From assembly GCF_963921235.1 (NCBI RefSeq), contig NC_086097.1:204602001-204666000 (forward strand): a stretch of 64,000 nucleotides of DNA, given 5' to 3'. The notes beneath the pieces were generated by a model. That model had not been told where the DNA came from. It ran no database searches and worked only from the letters and a program-made list of their open reading frames with translations. Of this stretch, positions 22,376 to 34,748 are shown piece after piece; the stretch's first letter is position 1, and each line of letters begins with the position of its first letter. Made by a program: the position numbers and the translations under genes. The stretch comes from Mobula hypostoma (taxonomy: Eukaryota).

Positions 22376-24350
22376 CAACACCCTACTCCCTATAAATTCA
22401 TGTCTCTGTGGCCAGGTTCTAGTCTAACTCTATCTACAAGTTTGCAGGTGACACAGCAGAAGTGAGCCGCATCTCAAACAACAATGAAATGGAGTACAGG
22501 AAAGAGTTCGAGAGCCTACTGACATGGTGGAACGACAACAATCTTCCTCTCAATGACAGTAAAACAAAACAGTTTTACTACTCTTCAGGTAGGGATGTGG
22601 TGCATACAATCCTCTTTACATCAATGGTGCTGAGGCCAAGAGGACTGAAGGGCTCAAGTTGCAAGGAGTGAACATCATCAATAGCCACATCTATGTCCAG
22701 TCACATGGACACCATTGCCAAGAAGACTCACCCATGCCTCTATTTCATCAGGAGGTTAAAGATTTTTTTTATTGATGCACAATAGAAAGCATCCTGTCTG
22801 GATACATCATGGATACATAGACAAAGGAGGGTCAGTAGATATTATTTACTTGGATTTTCAGAAGGCCTTTGAAAAAGTGCCACCCATGAGGCTACTTAAA
22901 TAGATAAGAGATTATGGAATTACAGGAAAGATACTGGCATGGATAGAAGATTGATTGGTTGGCAGGAGGCAAAGAGAAGGAATAAAGGGGTCCTTCTCTG
23001 GTTAGCTGCCGGTGCCACTAGAGTTCTGGAGAGACTGGTGTTGGGACTGCTTCTTTTCACATTATATGCCAATGATTTGAATGATGGAATTGACGGCTTT
23101 GTGGCCAAGTTTATGGAGGATACAAGGATAGGTGGAGGGGCAGGTACTCTTGAGAAAGCAGGGAGTCTGCAGAAGAAAATAGACAGATTGGGAATATGGA
23201 CTTAGAAATGGCAGACGGAATATAGTATAGGGAAGTGTATGGTATGCACTTTGGTAGAAGGAATAAAGGTGTACGCTATTTTCTAAAGAGGGAGAAAATT
23301 CAAAAATCAGAGGTGCAAAGGGACTTGGGAATCCTTGCACTGGATTCCCTAAAGGTTAACTTCTATGTTGAGTCAGTTGTAAGGAAGGTAAATGCAATGT
23401 TAGCATTCATTTCGACTAGAATATAAAAGCAAGGATATAATGCTGAGGCCTTATAAGATGTTGGTCAGACTACACTTAAGAGTATTGTGAGCAGTTTTGG
23501 GGCGCTTATCTAAGAGAAGATGCTCAGGTATTGGAGAAGATCCAAAGGAGGTTCCTGAGAAAGATTCCAGGAATAAAAGGGTTTACATATAGGAACATTT
23601 GATGGCTCTGGGACGGTACAGACTGAAGTTTAGAAGAATGAGGGGGATCTCATTGAAACCTATCGAATATTACAAGACTTTGTTGGATCCAACTGTTTAA
23701 TTTATATTTTCTTTATGTTTAGTGATTAATTATTTACTTGTATTTTACAGAGTTGATGTGGAGAGGATGGTTTCTTTAGTGGGGAGAAGGGTCTAGGACA
23801 AAAGGGTGCAGCCTCAGAATAGAGGAACATCTATTTAGAACAGAGATGAGGAGGTATTTTTTTAGCCAAAAAGTGGTGAACCTGTGGAATTCATTGTCAT
23901 TGCGGAGGCCCAGACATTGGATATACCTAAAGCAAAGCCTGATATGTTCTTGATTAGTAGGGCTGTTAAAGGCTACAGGAAGAAGTCAGGAGAAGTCAAA
24001 AAGGTTGAGAAGGATAATAAATCTGTCATGATGGAATGGAAGAGAGACCTGATGAGCCAAATGGCCTAATTCTACTGCTACTATGTTTATTGTCTATGGT
24101 CTTATGACTGAGTATGACATCTGTTCTGCCAGTATCGCAAGAAACTGCAGAGAGTTGTGGATACAGCTCAGTTAATCATGGAATCCATCCTCCCCTCCAT
24201 GATCCCTGTCTACACTTTTAGCTGACTTGGCAAGGCAGGCTAGATAATCAAATATCCCACACATCCCAGAAATTCTCTCTTCTACCCCCACCCATCAGGC
24301 AGAAATTACAGAAAAATGACTGTACCATCAGGTTCAAAGACAGCTTTTAA
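22376..24350 (+). mobile_element. Rex1/Babar-like LINE remnant split by a CR1 insertion (~22818-24105)
   Basis: YKFAGDT..SRISNNNEMEYR..WWNDNNLPLNDSKTK before the insertion; aagaaactgcagagagttgtgg..ttcaaagacagc after it. Confidence 0.7.
22818..24105 (+). mobile_element. Degenerate CR1 RT and 3' fragment
   Basis: YLDFQKAF, KFMEDTRIGG, EVQRDLG motifs; tctatggtcttatg tail. Confidence 0.85.
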
Positions 24351-26037
24351 ATATGTCATCACATAAATATACACTAAGTTGTTGTGTTCTCGGCTGCAAT
24401 ATTGCTTGCCTGTTCCCTAAAATGAATCTTTGTTAGATCACAATCCTCATTTAATTGTATTTGACCTGTTTCTCACTAACTCTTCGTCCTTCAACAATCA
24501 AATGCAAACACTGACTTTCTATTCCTGAATATCAGAGTGATTCAAAGGAACTTACCTCAGTTTACAATTCTATTTCTGAATTTGGCTGGCAGTTAAAGTA
24601 ATTTGTACAAACAGTTATATGTTTATATATTACTCTAATAGACATTTTGACCTTACAGTGTATACATCCTGACTGTTATTATGTTTCCACATGAGCTGTT
24701 TGCAAGCTTGGATACTGGAGGGTTGGAAAATAGTCATAACCACATGCAGGTCTGTCATTTACACTTGTTTATTATTCTGCTCGGTCTAAGAAGGAAGTAT
24801 CAATTGCTGTCAAATGATTTTCAAATTTCCCAATTTAGTTTCTTACTCTTACTTTGGCTATATTGGGTGACAAAATATGTGTAGCTGTTTTACAAAGTAT
24901 TATGCATCTGTTTTGGACAGAAGACCTTTAATTATGAAGATAGGCAAGAATCAGAATCAGGTTAAATATTACTGGCGTAGGTTGTGAAACTTAACTCTGC
25001 AGCATATGTACAATGCAATACACAATAACAGAGAGAAAAAAATGAAAACTGAATTACAGCAAATATATATATACCAGACTATAAGATATAGGACCAGAAT
25101 TAGGCATTTGGCCCATTGAGTCTTCTCCACCATTTCATCACGGCTGATCCAATTTTCCTCTCAGCCCCAGTCACTTGCCTTCTCCCCGTATCTCTTCATG
25201 CCAGTCAAAAACCTAACAACCTTTGCCAGGACATCCAGGATCTTGAAATTGCTCACTCTCTCCACTTCTGATCCCTTTATGAGGACTGGTGTGTGTTCCC
25301 TCATCCTACCTTTTTTGAAGTCCCTAATCAGTTCTTTGGTTATACTGATGTTGAGTGCCAGGTTGTTGCTGTGACACCACTCCACTAGTTGGCATATCTC
25401 ACTCCTGTACGCCCTCGATTCACCACCTGAAATTCTGAAATGGTTGTATTATCAGCAAATTTAAAGATGGCACTTGAGCTTTGCCGAGCCACACAGTCAT
25501 GGGTGTAGAGAGAGTCCAGCAGTGGGCGAAGCACACATCCCTGAGCTGCACTCATGTTGCTTGATAGCGAAGGTGAAAGTGTTATTTCTGATCTGCAGAT
25601 TGTGGTCTTCTGGTTAGAAAGTCGAGAATAGGGAGATACAGAGGCCCAGGTTCTGGAACTTTTCGATCAGTATTGTAGGAATGAAGATGTTAAATGCAGA
25701 GCTGTAGTCAATAAACAGCATCCTCACAGAGGTATTTGTATTGTCCCGGTGATCCAAGGCCACATGTAGAGCCAGTGAGATCACGTCTGCGGTAAACCTA
25801 TTGTGACCTACAGTGTTGCTGAGGCAGGAGTTGATTCTAGCCATAACCAACCTCTCAAAGCACTTCATCACTGTAGATGTGAGTGCTACTGGTCGATAGT
25901 TGTTAAGGCAGATCACACTCACCCTCCTCTTCCTGGGCACTGGCATGATTGTTGCCCTTTTGAAGCAAGTGGGAACTTCTGACTGTGGCAATGAGAGATT
26001 GAAAATGTCTTTGAACACTGCTGTCAGCTGGTTAGCT

Positions 26038-27988
26038 CAGGGTCACCAACCTTTTCTGCACTGCGGACCTGTTTAATATTGACAATATTCTTGCGGACCA
26101 GCTGACCGGGGTTGGGGGGGGGGTGTTAATCACGAACAGAATATAGGTGATAAGTCAACTATCGGTCACTTACCAGTGGCTAATACACGCAGTTTCACTT
26201 CTAAAAGGGTTTATCTAATGAATTTAATATTAAACACACAGTGCATGTTTTCCTCGCATGAATATAGTGATAAATCAATTATAAGTCAGAAGGGGGTTCC
26301 TTGTGTCCCGTCTATTCCACAATTTAGTCTTCGTTGCATTCATTGCAGAAAACTCTGTTTCGTAGAGCTATGATGTTGGAAATGGAAGCAACGTTTTCAG
26401 TGCTTTTGTGGCTGTCTCAGGATATTCAGCCTTGTCTTTGATCCAGAATGCTGGCAGAAATGTTATTTCAAACATACTTTTCAGCCCACCGTCATTTGCA
26501 AGCTCGAGGAGTTGATCTTCTTCCCGCGCTGACATGGATGATTCACCGGGGACCTATTCCTTTGCACGTCTTGGGTCATTTGTGATTCGGAAGTAACGTT
26601 CGAATTCTGTCGACAGTGAAGATAGGTGTTCGTGCACCAGCTATGAGCCTCATTCTCTCCCAAATTCCCAGCTAATGTTGGGAACATGTCAAATATGCCC
26701 CTGTCCACTCGCCGTCCCCACAGTTCCAGTCTGGCTGTGAAAGCAGACACTTTATCTGCCAACTTGAAGACAGTTGTCATTCTCCCCTGAAGTGACAAAT
26801 TGAGTTCATTGAGCAGGTTGAAGATGTCACACAGATAAGAGTTTTGATATCCACTCCCCGTCACTGAAGTGTGACTTATTTCCAAAAGAAATCTCCGTAA
26901 CTACTCTCTTAACTCAAAAACCCTGGCCAGGGCTCTCCCCCTTGATAGCCACCTGACTTCAGTGTGTAAGAGAAGGCGTTTTGTGCTCTGCATCCATTAT
27001 CCATTTCCTCGCAAAGCTGCTCATACAGACGTGAGTTAAGGGCTTTTGCTTTGATGTGATTGATAACTTCAACAACGTCACTCAATATGCTGTTAAGATC
27101 AGGTGACATTTTTCAGCTAGCCAGCATTTCCCTGTGTGTGACACAGTGTGTAGACTGGCATTCGGGAGCAACCTCTTTGACTCGGGTAGTGAAACCAGAC
27201 TCGTTAAGCCGTTCCAACAGCTGTGCTTCGATGTCCTCCGCTGTGTCATCCATTCTCCTTGAAACTGTGGTAGCTGAAAGAGAAACCTGTGCCGTCTTGT
27301 TAGCTGGAGCTTCTCCCACTATTCACGGCACATATCCTTGGCAGCAGGCAGAATCGATTCTTCACCAACAGTGAAAGGCTTCTTAGCCTTAGCAATACAG
27401 CTAGCCACTAAGTACGATGCTCTCAGAGCAGCAGCATTTGTGGAGGTGGTGGCTCTCTACACTTGATTCTGTCCCACTTGCTCACGTTCTTTCCACTCAA
27501 ACAACTCAGCGGGTTTGTCTTTAAGTGCAGGGTGCTTGGACTCTTAAGGTTCTGAAGCAGTCTTGAGGGCTTCATTGCCTCATTAGACAGCTTGTCTCCA
27601 CATATTACACGCGGGGCTTGGAGCGTGCGAGTCACCGGTCACAATAAAGCCATATATTTTATGTACGACTCATCGTATTTTCTGTTGAAGGAAGCTTTCT
27701 TTTTTTTGCAGTCTTGGCCTCAGCTGTCTCTGCGTGATCATCATCATTAGGCCTTTTATGTCCCCTACCATCTCTTCCAAGGAAACTCTCAAGCGATGTT
27801 TGTTTTTTTACTCATCGAGTAGTTGTAGGTTAATGACCGACTGATGACCTCGCGTGCGTTCAATTTCAACAGTGGGCATGACAGAGGATGAGGGAAGGTG
27901 CAGTTGACTCATATCGTTTCCTCGCGGCCCGGTAGCACATGCTTTGTGGCCCGGTACCAGTCCGTGGCCCGGTGATTGGGGACCACTG
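26038..27988 (-). mobile_element. hAT (Buster/Charlie-like) DNA transposon with transposase pseudogene
   Basis: Imperfect TIRs CAGGGTCACCAACC / GATTGGGGACCACTG; 8-bp TSD GGTTAGCT (26030-26037, 27989-27996) with central TA; peptides ICGDKLSNEAMKPSRL, THCVTHREMLAS, INHIKAKALNSRL, YLCDIFNLLNELNLSLQG. Confidence 0.92.
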
Positions 27989-28006
27989 GGTTAGCTCATG
28001 TTTTTG

Positions 28007-29860
28007 GAATCAGAATCAAAATCAAGTTTATTATCACCGGCATGTGACGTGAAATTTGTTAACTTAGCAGCAGCAGTTCAATGCAATACCTAATCTGGAC
28101 AAGAAAAAAAATGAAATAAAAATAATAATAAATAAACAAGTAAATCAATTACAGTATACATACATTGAATAGATTAAAAAAACATGCAAAAACAGAAATA
28201 CTATACATTAACAAAAGTGAGGTAGTGTCCAAGGGTTCAATGTCCATTTAGGAATCGAATGGCAGAGGGGAAGAAGCTGTTCCTGAATCGCTGAGCGTGT
28301 GCCTTCAGACTTCTGTACCTCCTACCTGATGAGAAAAGGACATGCCCTGGGTGCTGTAGGTCCTTAATAAATGGATGCTGCCTTTCTGAGACACTGCTCC
28401 TGAAGGTGTCCTGGGTACTTTGTAAGCAAGTACTCAAGATGGAGCTGACTAGATTTACAAAACTCTGAAGCTTCTTTCAGTCCTGTGCAGTAGCCCCCTC
28501 CCACCTCCCATACCAGAGAGTGATGCAGCCTGTCAGAATGCTCTCCATGGTACAACTATAGAAATTTTTGAGTGTATTTGTTGACATGCCAAATCTCTAC
28601 AAACTCCTAATGAAGTATATCCGCTTTCTTGCTTTCTTTATAACTGCATCGATATGTTGGGACCAGGTTAGGTCCTCAGAGATCTTGACATCCAGGAACT
28701 TGAAACTGCTCACTCTCCACTTCTGATCCCTCTATGAGGTTGGTATGTGTTCCTTCATCTTACCCTTCCTGAAGTCCACAATCAGCTCTTTCGTCTTACT
28801 GACGTTGAGTGCCAGGTTGTTGCTGCGGCACCACTCCACTAGTTGGCATATCTCACTCCTGTACGCCCTCTTGTCACCACCTGAGATTCCACTAACAATG
28901 GTTCTATTGTCAGCAAATTTATAGATGGTATTTGAGCTATGGCTAGCTACACAGTCACATGTATACAGAGAGTAGAGCAGTGGGCTAAGCACACGCCCTT
29001 GAGGTACGCCTGTGTTGATTGCCAGTGAGGAGGATATGTTATCACCGATTCGCACAGATTGTGATCTTTCAGTAGGAAGTCAAGGATCCAATTGCAGAGG
29101 GAGGTGCAGAGGCCCAGGTTCTGCAATTCCTCAATCAGGATTGTGGGAATGATGGTATTAAATGCTGAGCTATAGTTGATGAACAACATCCTGACGTAGG
29201 TGTTTGTGTTGTCCAGGTGGTCTAAAGCCATGTGGAAAGCCATTGAGATTGCATCTGCCATTGACAAGTTGTCATGATAGCAAGTTGCAATGGGTCCAGG
29301 TCCTTGCTGAGGTAGGAGTTCAGTCTAGTTATGTCCAACTTCTCAAAGCATTTCATCACTGTCATTGTGAGTGCTACCGGGCGATAGTCATTAATGCAGC
29401 CCACATTATTCTTCTTAGGCACTGGTATAATTGTTGCCTTTTTGAAGCAAGTGGGAACTTCAGCCTGTAGCAGTGAGAAGTTGAAGATGTCCTTGAATAT
29501 TCCTGCTAGTTGGTTGGCACAGGTTTTCAGAGCCTTACCAGGTACTCCATCGGGACTTTCCACCTTGCGAGGGTTCACTCTCTTTAAAGACAGCCTGACA
29601 TCATCCTCTGAGACAGAGATCACAAGGTGAAGCCTGCTTGACATTGGCCTGAGGTGGAATGTAAACTGCTACCAAAATAACCCCGGAGAATTCCTGTGGT
29701 AGGTAAAAAGGACGACACTTAACTGCTAGATATTCCAGGTCTGGTGAGCAGAATTGGGACAGCACTGATATATTTGTGCACCAAGAAGAGTTGATGATGA
29801 GCCATATTCCTCCACCTCTGCTATTGAGAGACTCTAGAGACCTATCCTGATGGCGTATGA
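28007..29860 (-). mobile_element. Younger Rex1/Babar-like LINE with an internal deletion joining endonuclease to RT (~29630)
   Basis: gaatcagaatcaaaatc tail; [60 protein letters not shown]; endonuclease piece GGGIW..KCRPFYLPQEFS..VYIPPQA. Confidence 0.8.
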
Positions 29861-30913
29861 AAGGTGTCGAATTCATCTGAGAGTGAAGCTTCACTGCCAT
29901 TCATGATATAAGATTTCACTTTGTAGGAGGTAATGTCTTTCAAACCTTGCCAGAGTTGATGTGCATCCGATGCCGCCTCCATTCTCACTCAGAATTATTC
30001 CTTAGCTCTTGAAATAACCCTCTGAAAGTCATACCAGTTTTTCTTCTTCAGACCTGGGTCACCAGACTTGAATGCCACGGATCTAACCTTAAGCAGACTC
30101 CAAATCTCCTGGTTCATCCACTGACTTTAATTTGGGTAGGTACAGTAAGTTCTCATAGGCACACAAAGGTTTAAATAAAGTTAGTCATAGCTGTGGCATA
30201 CTTATTCAGAATCCTAGATGAATCCCTGAATACAGTGTAGTCCACTGATTCAAAACAGTCCTGTAAGCATTCCTGTGCTTCCATTGTCCATACTTTCCTG
30301 GTCCTCACTCCTGGTGCTGCAGTCTTCAGTCTTTGCCTATACTCAGGGAGTAGATGTACTGCTAGGTGATTAGGCTTTCCAAAGTGTGGGTGTGGGTAGC
30401 ACGAGAAGTGCTTTTGATGGTGGTGCAACACTAGTCCAGTGTGTTGGTTCCTCTGATACTGCAAGTAATTTGTTGGTAATAATTATTTAGAGACTCTTTG
30501 AAGCTGGCCTGGTTTAAAGTCTCCCAGAATGATGGGGGAGGCATCAGGATATGCTGTTTTGTGCCTTTTGATTGCATTGCTCAGTTTGCCTAGAGCCTGT
30601 CTGACATTGGCCTGAGGTGTGATGCACTCCGCTACCAAGATGATTGCTGAAATCTCCCATGGCAGGTAAAATGGACGGCACTTGATCGTTAGGTGTTCCC
30701 GATCTGGTGAACAGGACTGGGACTGCACCATGTTTGTACACCACATGGAGTTGATCGTGAAGTACATTCCTCCTCCCCTGGCCTTGAAAGACTAAGCAGT
30801 CCTATCTTGGTAGGGCAAACAACAGGAATTCTGCAGATGCTGGAAATTCAAGCAACACACATCAAAGTTTCTGGTGAACGCAGCATGCCAGGCAGAATCT
30901 TTAGGAAGAGGTA

Positions 30914-30951
30914 CAGTCGACGTTTCAGGCCGAGACCCTTCGTCAGGACTA
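30914..30951 (-). ncRNA. Minimal hammerhead ribozyme motif (left arm)
   Basis: UAGUC CUGACGA A GGGUCUCGGCCU GAAA CGUC^GACUG. Confidence 0.72.
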
Positions 30952-31011
30952 ACTGAAGGAAGAGTTAGTAAGAGATTTTTTTTTAAGTCTCTTACTAACT
31001 CTTCCTTCAGT

Positions 31012-31049
31012 TAGTCCTGACGAGGGGTCTCGGCCTGAAACGTCGACTG
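31012..31049 (+). ncRNA. Minimal hammerhead ribozyme motif (right arm)
   Basis: UAGUC CUGACGA G GGGUCUCGGCCU GAAA CGUC^GACUG. Confidence 0.72.
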
Positions 31050-32149
31050 TACCGCTTCCTAAAGATTCTGCCTGGCCTGCTGCGTTCACCAGCAACTTTG
31101 ATGTGTGTTGCTATCTTGGTAGGACCCATCAACCTGAACTGCTGCATACAGAATGGAAGGGATTAACCAAGATTTTGTGAAACAAAAGACACAAGCGGTC
31201 CTAATGTCCCCCTGATACAGCACCCAGGCTCTGAGATCTTCAATTTTACTGGCCAGAGACTACGTTTGTCAGCAAGATGGTCAGTATTGGTAGTCAAGAG
31301 CCGTATTTTTTAAAACAAAATTTTAGTCCAGCTCGACGACTTCTCTTACGCTCTCTTTTCAGCATCCACTGTCTTAAAGCAGAATTGTTCCAGTGACCAG
31401 AGTCCGATCTAGTTCAGTCGAATTTGAGTAGCGACAGCGACAAGAGATATTGTAACCTTTTTTATTTGCCAATATTTTGAATGCAATGTAATATCTGATT
31501 CCACAAATGAATCATTAAAAAGTAAAGTTATACCTATACCTTACATTTATTTGCTACAAAAATAGGAACAAATATAGGGCAAATCTGGTTAAATTAAAAT
31601 TCTAGTGCAAAGCTAATTAATTTTTATTGATGTTATAATATTTGTCAATTTTGTGAAAAGCTATTTTTAACACCTTCAATGAATATTTTAAAATTCCTAA
31701 ATGACATGCCCATGATACAGACAGTCAACTTCAATAATAACTGATTAAAAAATGGCAAAGGAACATGAATACTTGTGGATGCAGTGTGCAGATGGATTTG
31801 GGTAGTAAAAATATTGACTGTTTAATAGATTACATTTTAAGTGAAATAGTCTAGCAATTACTGTTTCAACATTATTAACCAGTCAATTTAGGATTGTGTA
31901 ATGTTTTAAAAACTTATTAAGCTGGAGAACTCCTCATCTTACTGTTTTCTGAAGCTACACTAAGACATTTCTTTAACACCCACATAACTGTCTGTCCAAT
32001 GAAGTGGCAGAATCAATAATACTAATTGTCAGCAATGAGCTGCAATAATGAGCCATCTAAGTAGGTGAAGTAGTGCTAAGGAAGAACATGGAGCTACTTA
32101 CTGTTACTGTGATTATTGTTTGAGGATAGGAACATTGTCACAAAAGTTT

Positions 32150-32436
32150 ATTCTATTGATTTATTTACCTAGAGATACAGTACAGAATAGGCCCTTCGAG
32201 CCACACCAATCGAGCAACCGCCAATTTAAACCTGGCCTAATCACGGGACAACTTACAATGAGCAATTAGCCTATTAACCTGTACATCTATGGACTGTGGG
32301 AGCAAACTGAAACACCCAGAGGAAAGACACACATTCCATGGGGAGAACGTATAGACTCCTTACAGAGGATATCGGGATTGAACTCTGCACACCGATGCCC
32401 TGAGCCGTAATTGCGTCGCGCTAACCATTATGCTAC
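32150..32436 (-). mobile_element. tRNA-derived V-SINE (HE1-like), near full length
   Basis: Minus strand shows an A box (TAGCATAATGG), a B box (GTTCAATCC), a V-core (cgttctccccatgg..tttcctctgggtg..cccacagtcca) and a CR1-like tail (gaagggcctattctgtactgtatctc). Confidence 0.8.
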
Positions 32437-32724
32437 AGTTCAGCTTTACTGATTCGTGGTTATGATCCCTGCTGGAAAGAATGAGGGTGTATAGAAATAC
32501 TCAATACCTTTACCCCTCCCACGATGAACACATACAGCAGGGGTGTATTACAGTGGCCAATGCAATGTGATCTACAGTGGCTGACAGGATGTGTTAAAAA
32601 ATGAGTAGCTTGAAAAGATCAGCAAATTGTTACACCAGATGTGGGCATGGAAGGAAGCTAGCACTGCAGCCATTTTATTTTTTATAAAAGCCAAATAAAA
32701 AGATCAAAACAGTAAATGAAAATC

Positions 32725-32900
32725 AAACAACTGTAGATGCTGGAAATTTGGAAAACAAAAACGGAAAATAGTGGAAACACAGAGCAGTTCAGGCAACCTT
32801 GACAGGAAAAATAAGCAGGGTCCATAACTTTAATTATTCCTCTTTTCATAAATGTTGCCTGAATTTTTCTACTTTTCAGCATATTGGCATCTGGAATTAT
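32725..32900. mobile_element. Old degenerate PLE terminus, possibly an inverted pair
   Basis: ctgtagatgctggaaat... at the left end and ...cagcat..gcatctgg at the right end. Confidence 0.45.
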
Positions 32901-34748
32901 TTTTGTTTTGCTTTGATTTACAATTGAATTTCATTGAAGCTGCTTAACTTTCGCAAAACATTATCCAGTAGTGGTGTGGAACAAATTGAACCTAGCTGGG
33001 CGTGTTCTGTTTCAGGGCACATTAAAATGTGTTTTCAGGACTTTGAAAGAGGAAGATTCTTCACAATTTGCGAGAGAACAAAAGAAATGGCTTATGGTAC
33101 TAATAATAATCTGAATATTTTAGCAAATGGAGTAGGAGATCAGAAGAAAGTCCTGATTAATGTTTATGCACTGAATAGTTTCAATAGTTCTACACTAATT
33201 CTTTACTCCAAAAATTGCAGTAAACAGTCAGTACTATAAAAATCTACTTTCAATACCAGAACACAATTATGGCTGGTCAGGTAATGTTTGGGCTCATCCA
33301 ATCTTGTGCCTGCTCTAGTGTAGGAAAAGGACTTATTTCTTCTAGTGCGAAACATTTCTTGATATCTCAGAAGTCATGATATCACAGCAAATCCACACCC
33401 ATTTCTGTAATTATCATGTCTCAGTTATGCTGCAGCAAAGCTACAAACTTCAAGAAGGTGTGGACAATGGAAATACAGAACAAATTCAAAGATATGTGCT
33501 TCTTGGGAAAGGCGAAGCATGCTGTTCAGGCTTTGCAGAGCTAAAAACATGCTGGCCAAATGTCTCAAATTGCTTTTGGTCTAGAATTCAGAATTCACAG
33601 GATGTGTTTGCAGGCTGAAGATTGAGGCTGAGAAGAAGTGTTTAGAGATTGTACTTGCATCATTGGATTATATACTACGAGGTCAGTGAAGGCATTTAGT
33701 ATTGGACTCATGTAGTGTTGAATAGCTTGTATTGAATTCTCTGGTGGAATGTACAGCAATGCTTACATTATCCCAAGTGGATTATTGAACCTAGAGGCGA
33801 AGTCATGAATGCTCATTTTACAGCTACAGTGAAAAGTTTTAAAGTCTTCAAGGAATGGACACATGGAGGTAATATTAATGGATCAATTAGGCTACTTTAA
33901 ACACTGCCATCCTGAAGTTCAACAAAGAGTAAAATGGAATATGCAATAGCATCTGTACCAGTCAGTGGATTGATGTTCAGTCAGGTTTGGAACAGATTTT
34001 ATTTTTCCAGGTCAAATTGCATGGTGTGGCATTGATGTTATTAGGGCATAATTTGTGTTTCTGAGGCATTATCTTGTTTCCAGAGGCCACCAAAGATGTC
34101 TTAGAGTTGTTGTTAGGGTAAAGCATAAACATAGGCTAATTCAGTCCATGGTGTTAAAATTCCCCGACATCTCAATTATTGCAACATGTACCAACTTGGA
34201 CATTTGATATGAAGTTGTGCTCAGGCTTTAATTGTGACTTGTAAGCTCACAGGAAAGTGTGAAGGATAGCTTATGAAAAGGGGATTTTCTTAACATTTAT
34301 TGCAAGGTCAAGAAAAGATAATAGTGAAACAACAGTTAAGCTGGTGGTAATAAATTAGTATCCATTGTGCATCTCACTCAATTTACTTTTAACTGTTGTA
34401 TGAAATTACCCTCAAGCATGTGGAACATTCACGTTGCTAATATTTCTAGATTAAGAAATTTCAAGATGCAAACTGTTTTTATTTTTCATTTGTTTCTTCT
34501 GGTCAAGGTAGCCCCAGTGAACAATGCTTCCTTGGGCAATATCTTCCAGATAGTTCAGGTAGGAACTGTTCATTTCACATGATTGGCTGATTAGATATTT
34601 GCACTAATGCACAGGTGTACCGGTCGACCTAACAAAATGGTCACTGAGTGAATATTTAAGACAACCACACATCCTTTCTTCATAGTTTGCAGACACTGAC
34701 AAAAGTGCAATTGCAAAAGTTAAATCACCCAATAATATCAAAAGCATT

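Larger units (their letters stand above)
30815..31110. mobile_element. Palindromic Neptune-like PLE insertion: 36-nt tail plus 125-bp inverted arms, each with a hammerhead motif
   Basis: Arms 30851-30975 and 30988-31112 (4 mismatches), 12-nt spacer; TSD CTATCTTGGTAGG at 30802-30814 and 31111-31123. Confidence 0.9.
24946..31330 (-). mobile_element. Older Rex1/Babar-like LINE (endonuclease and RT) hosting CR1, hAT, younger Rex and PLE insertions
   Basis: (GAATCA)n tail at 24948; [35 protein letters not shown] (25614-26018); endonuclease KCRPFYLP..IILGDF (30483-30767) and PHPHFGKPNHLAV. Confidence 0.7.

Noticed and set aside
23680..23750. AT-rich ~70-bp insert within a CR1
   Set aside because: No convincing TSD or termini, and too short to classify.
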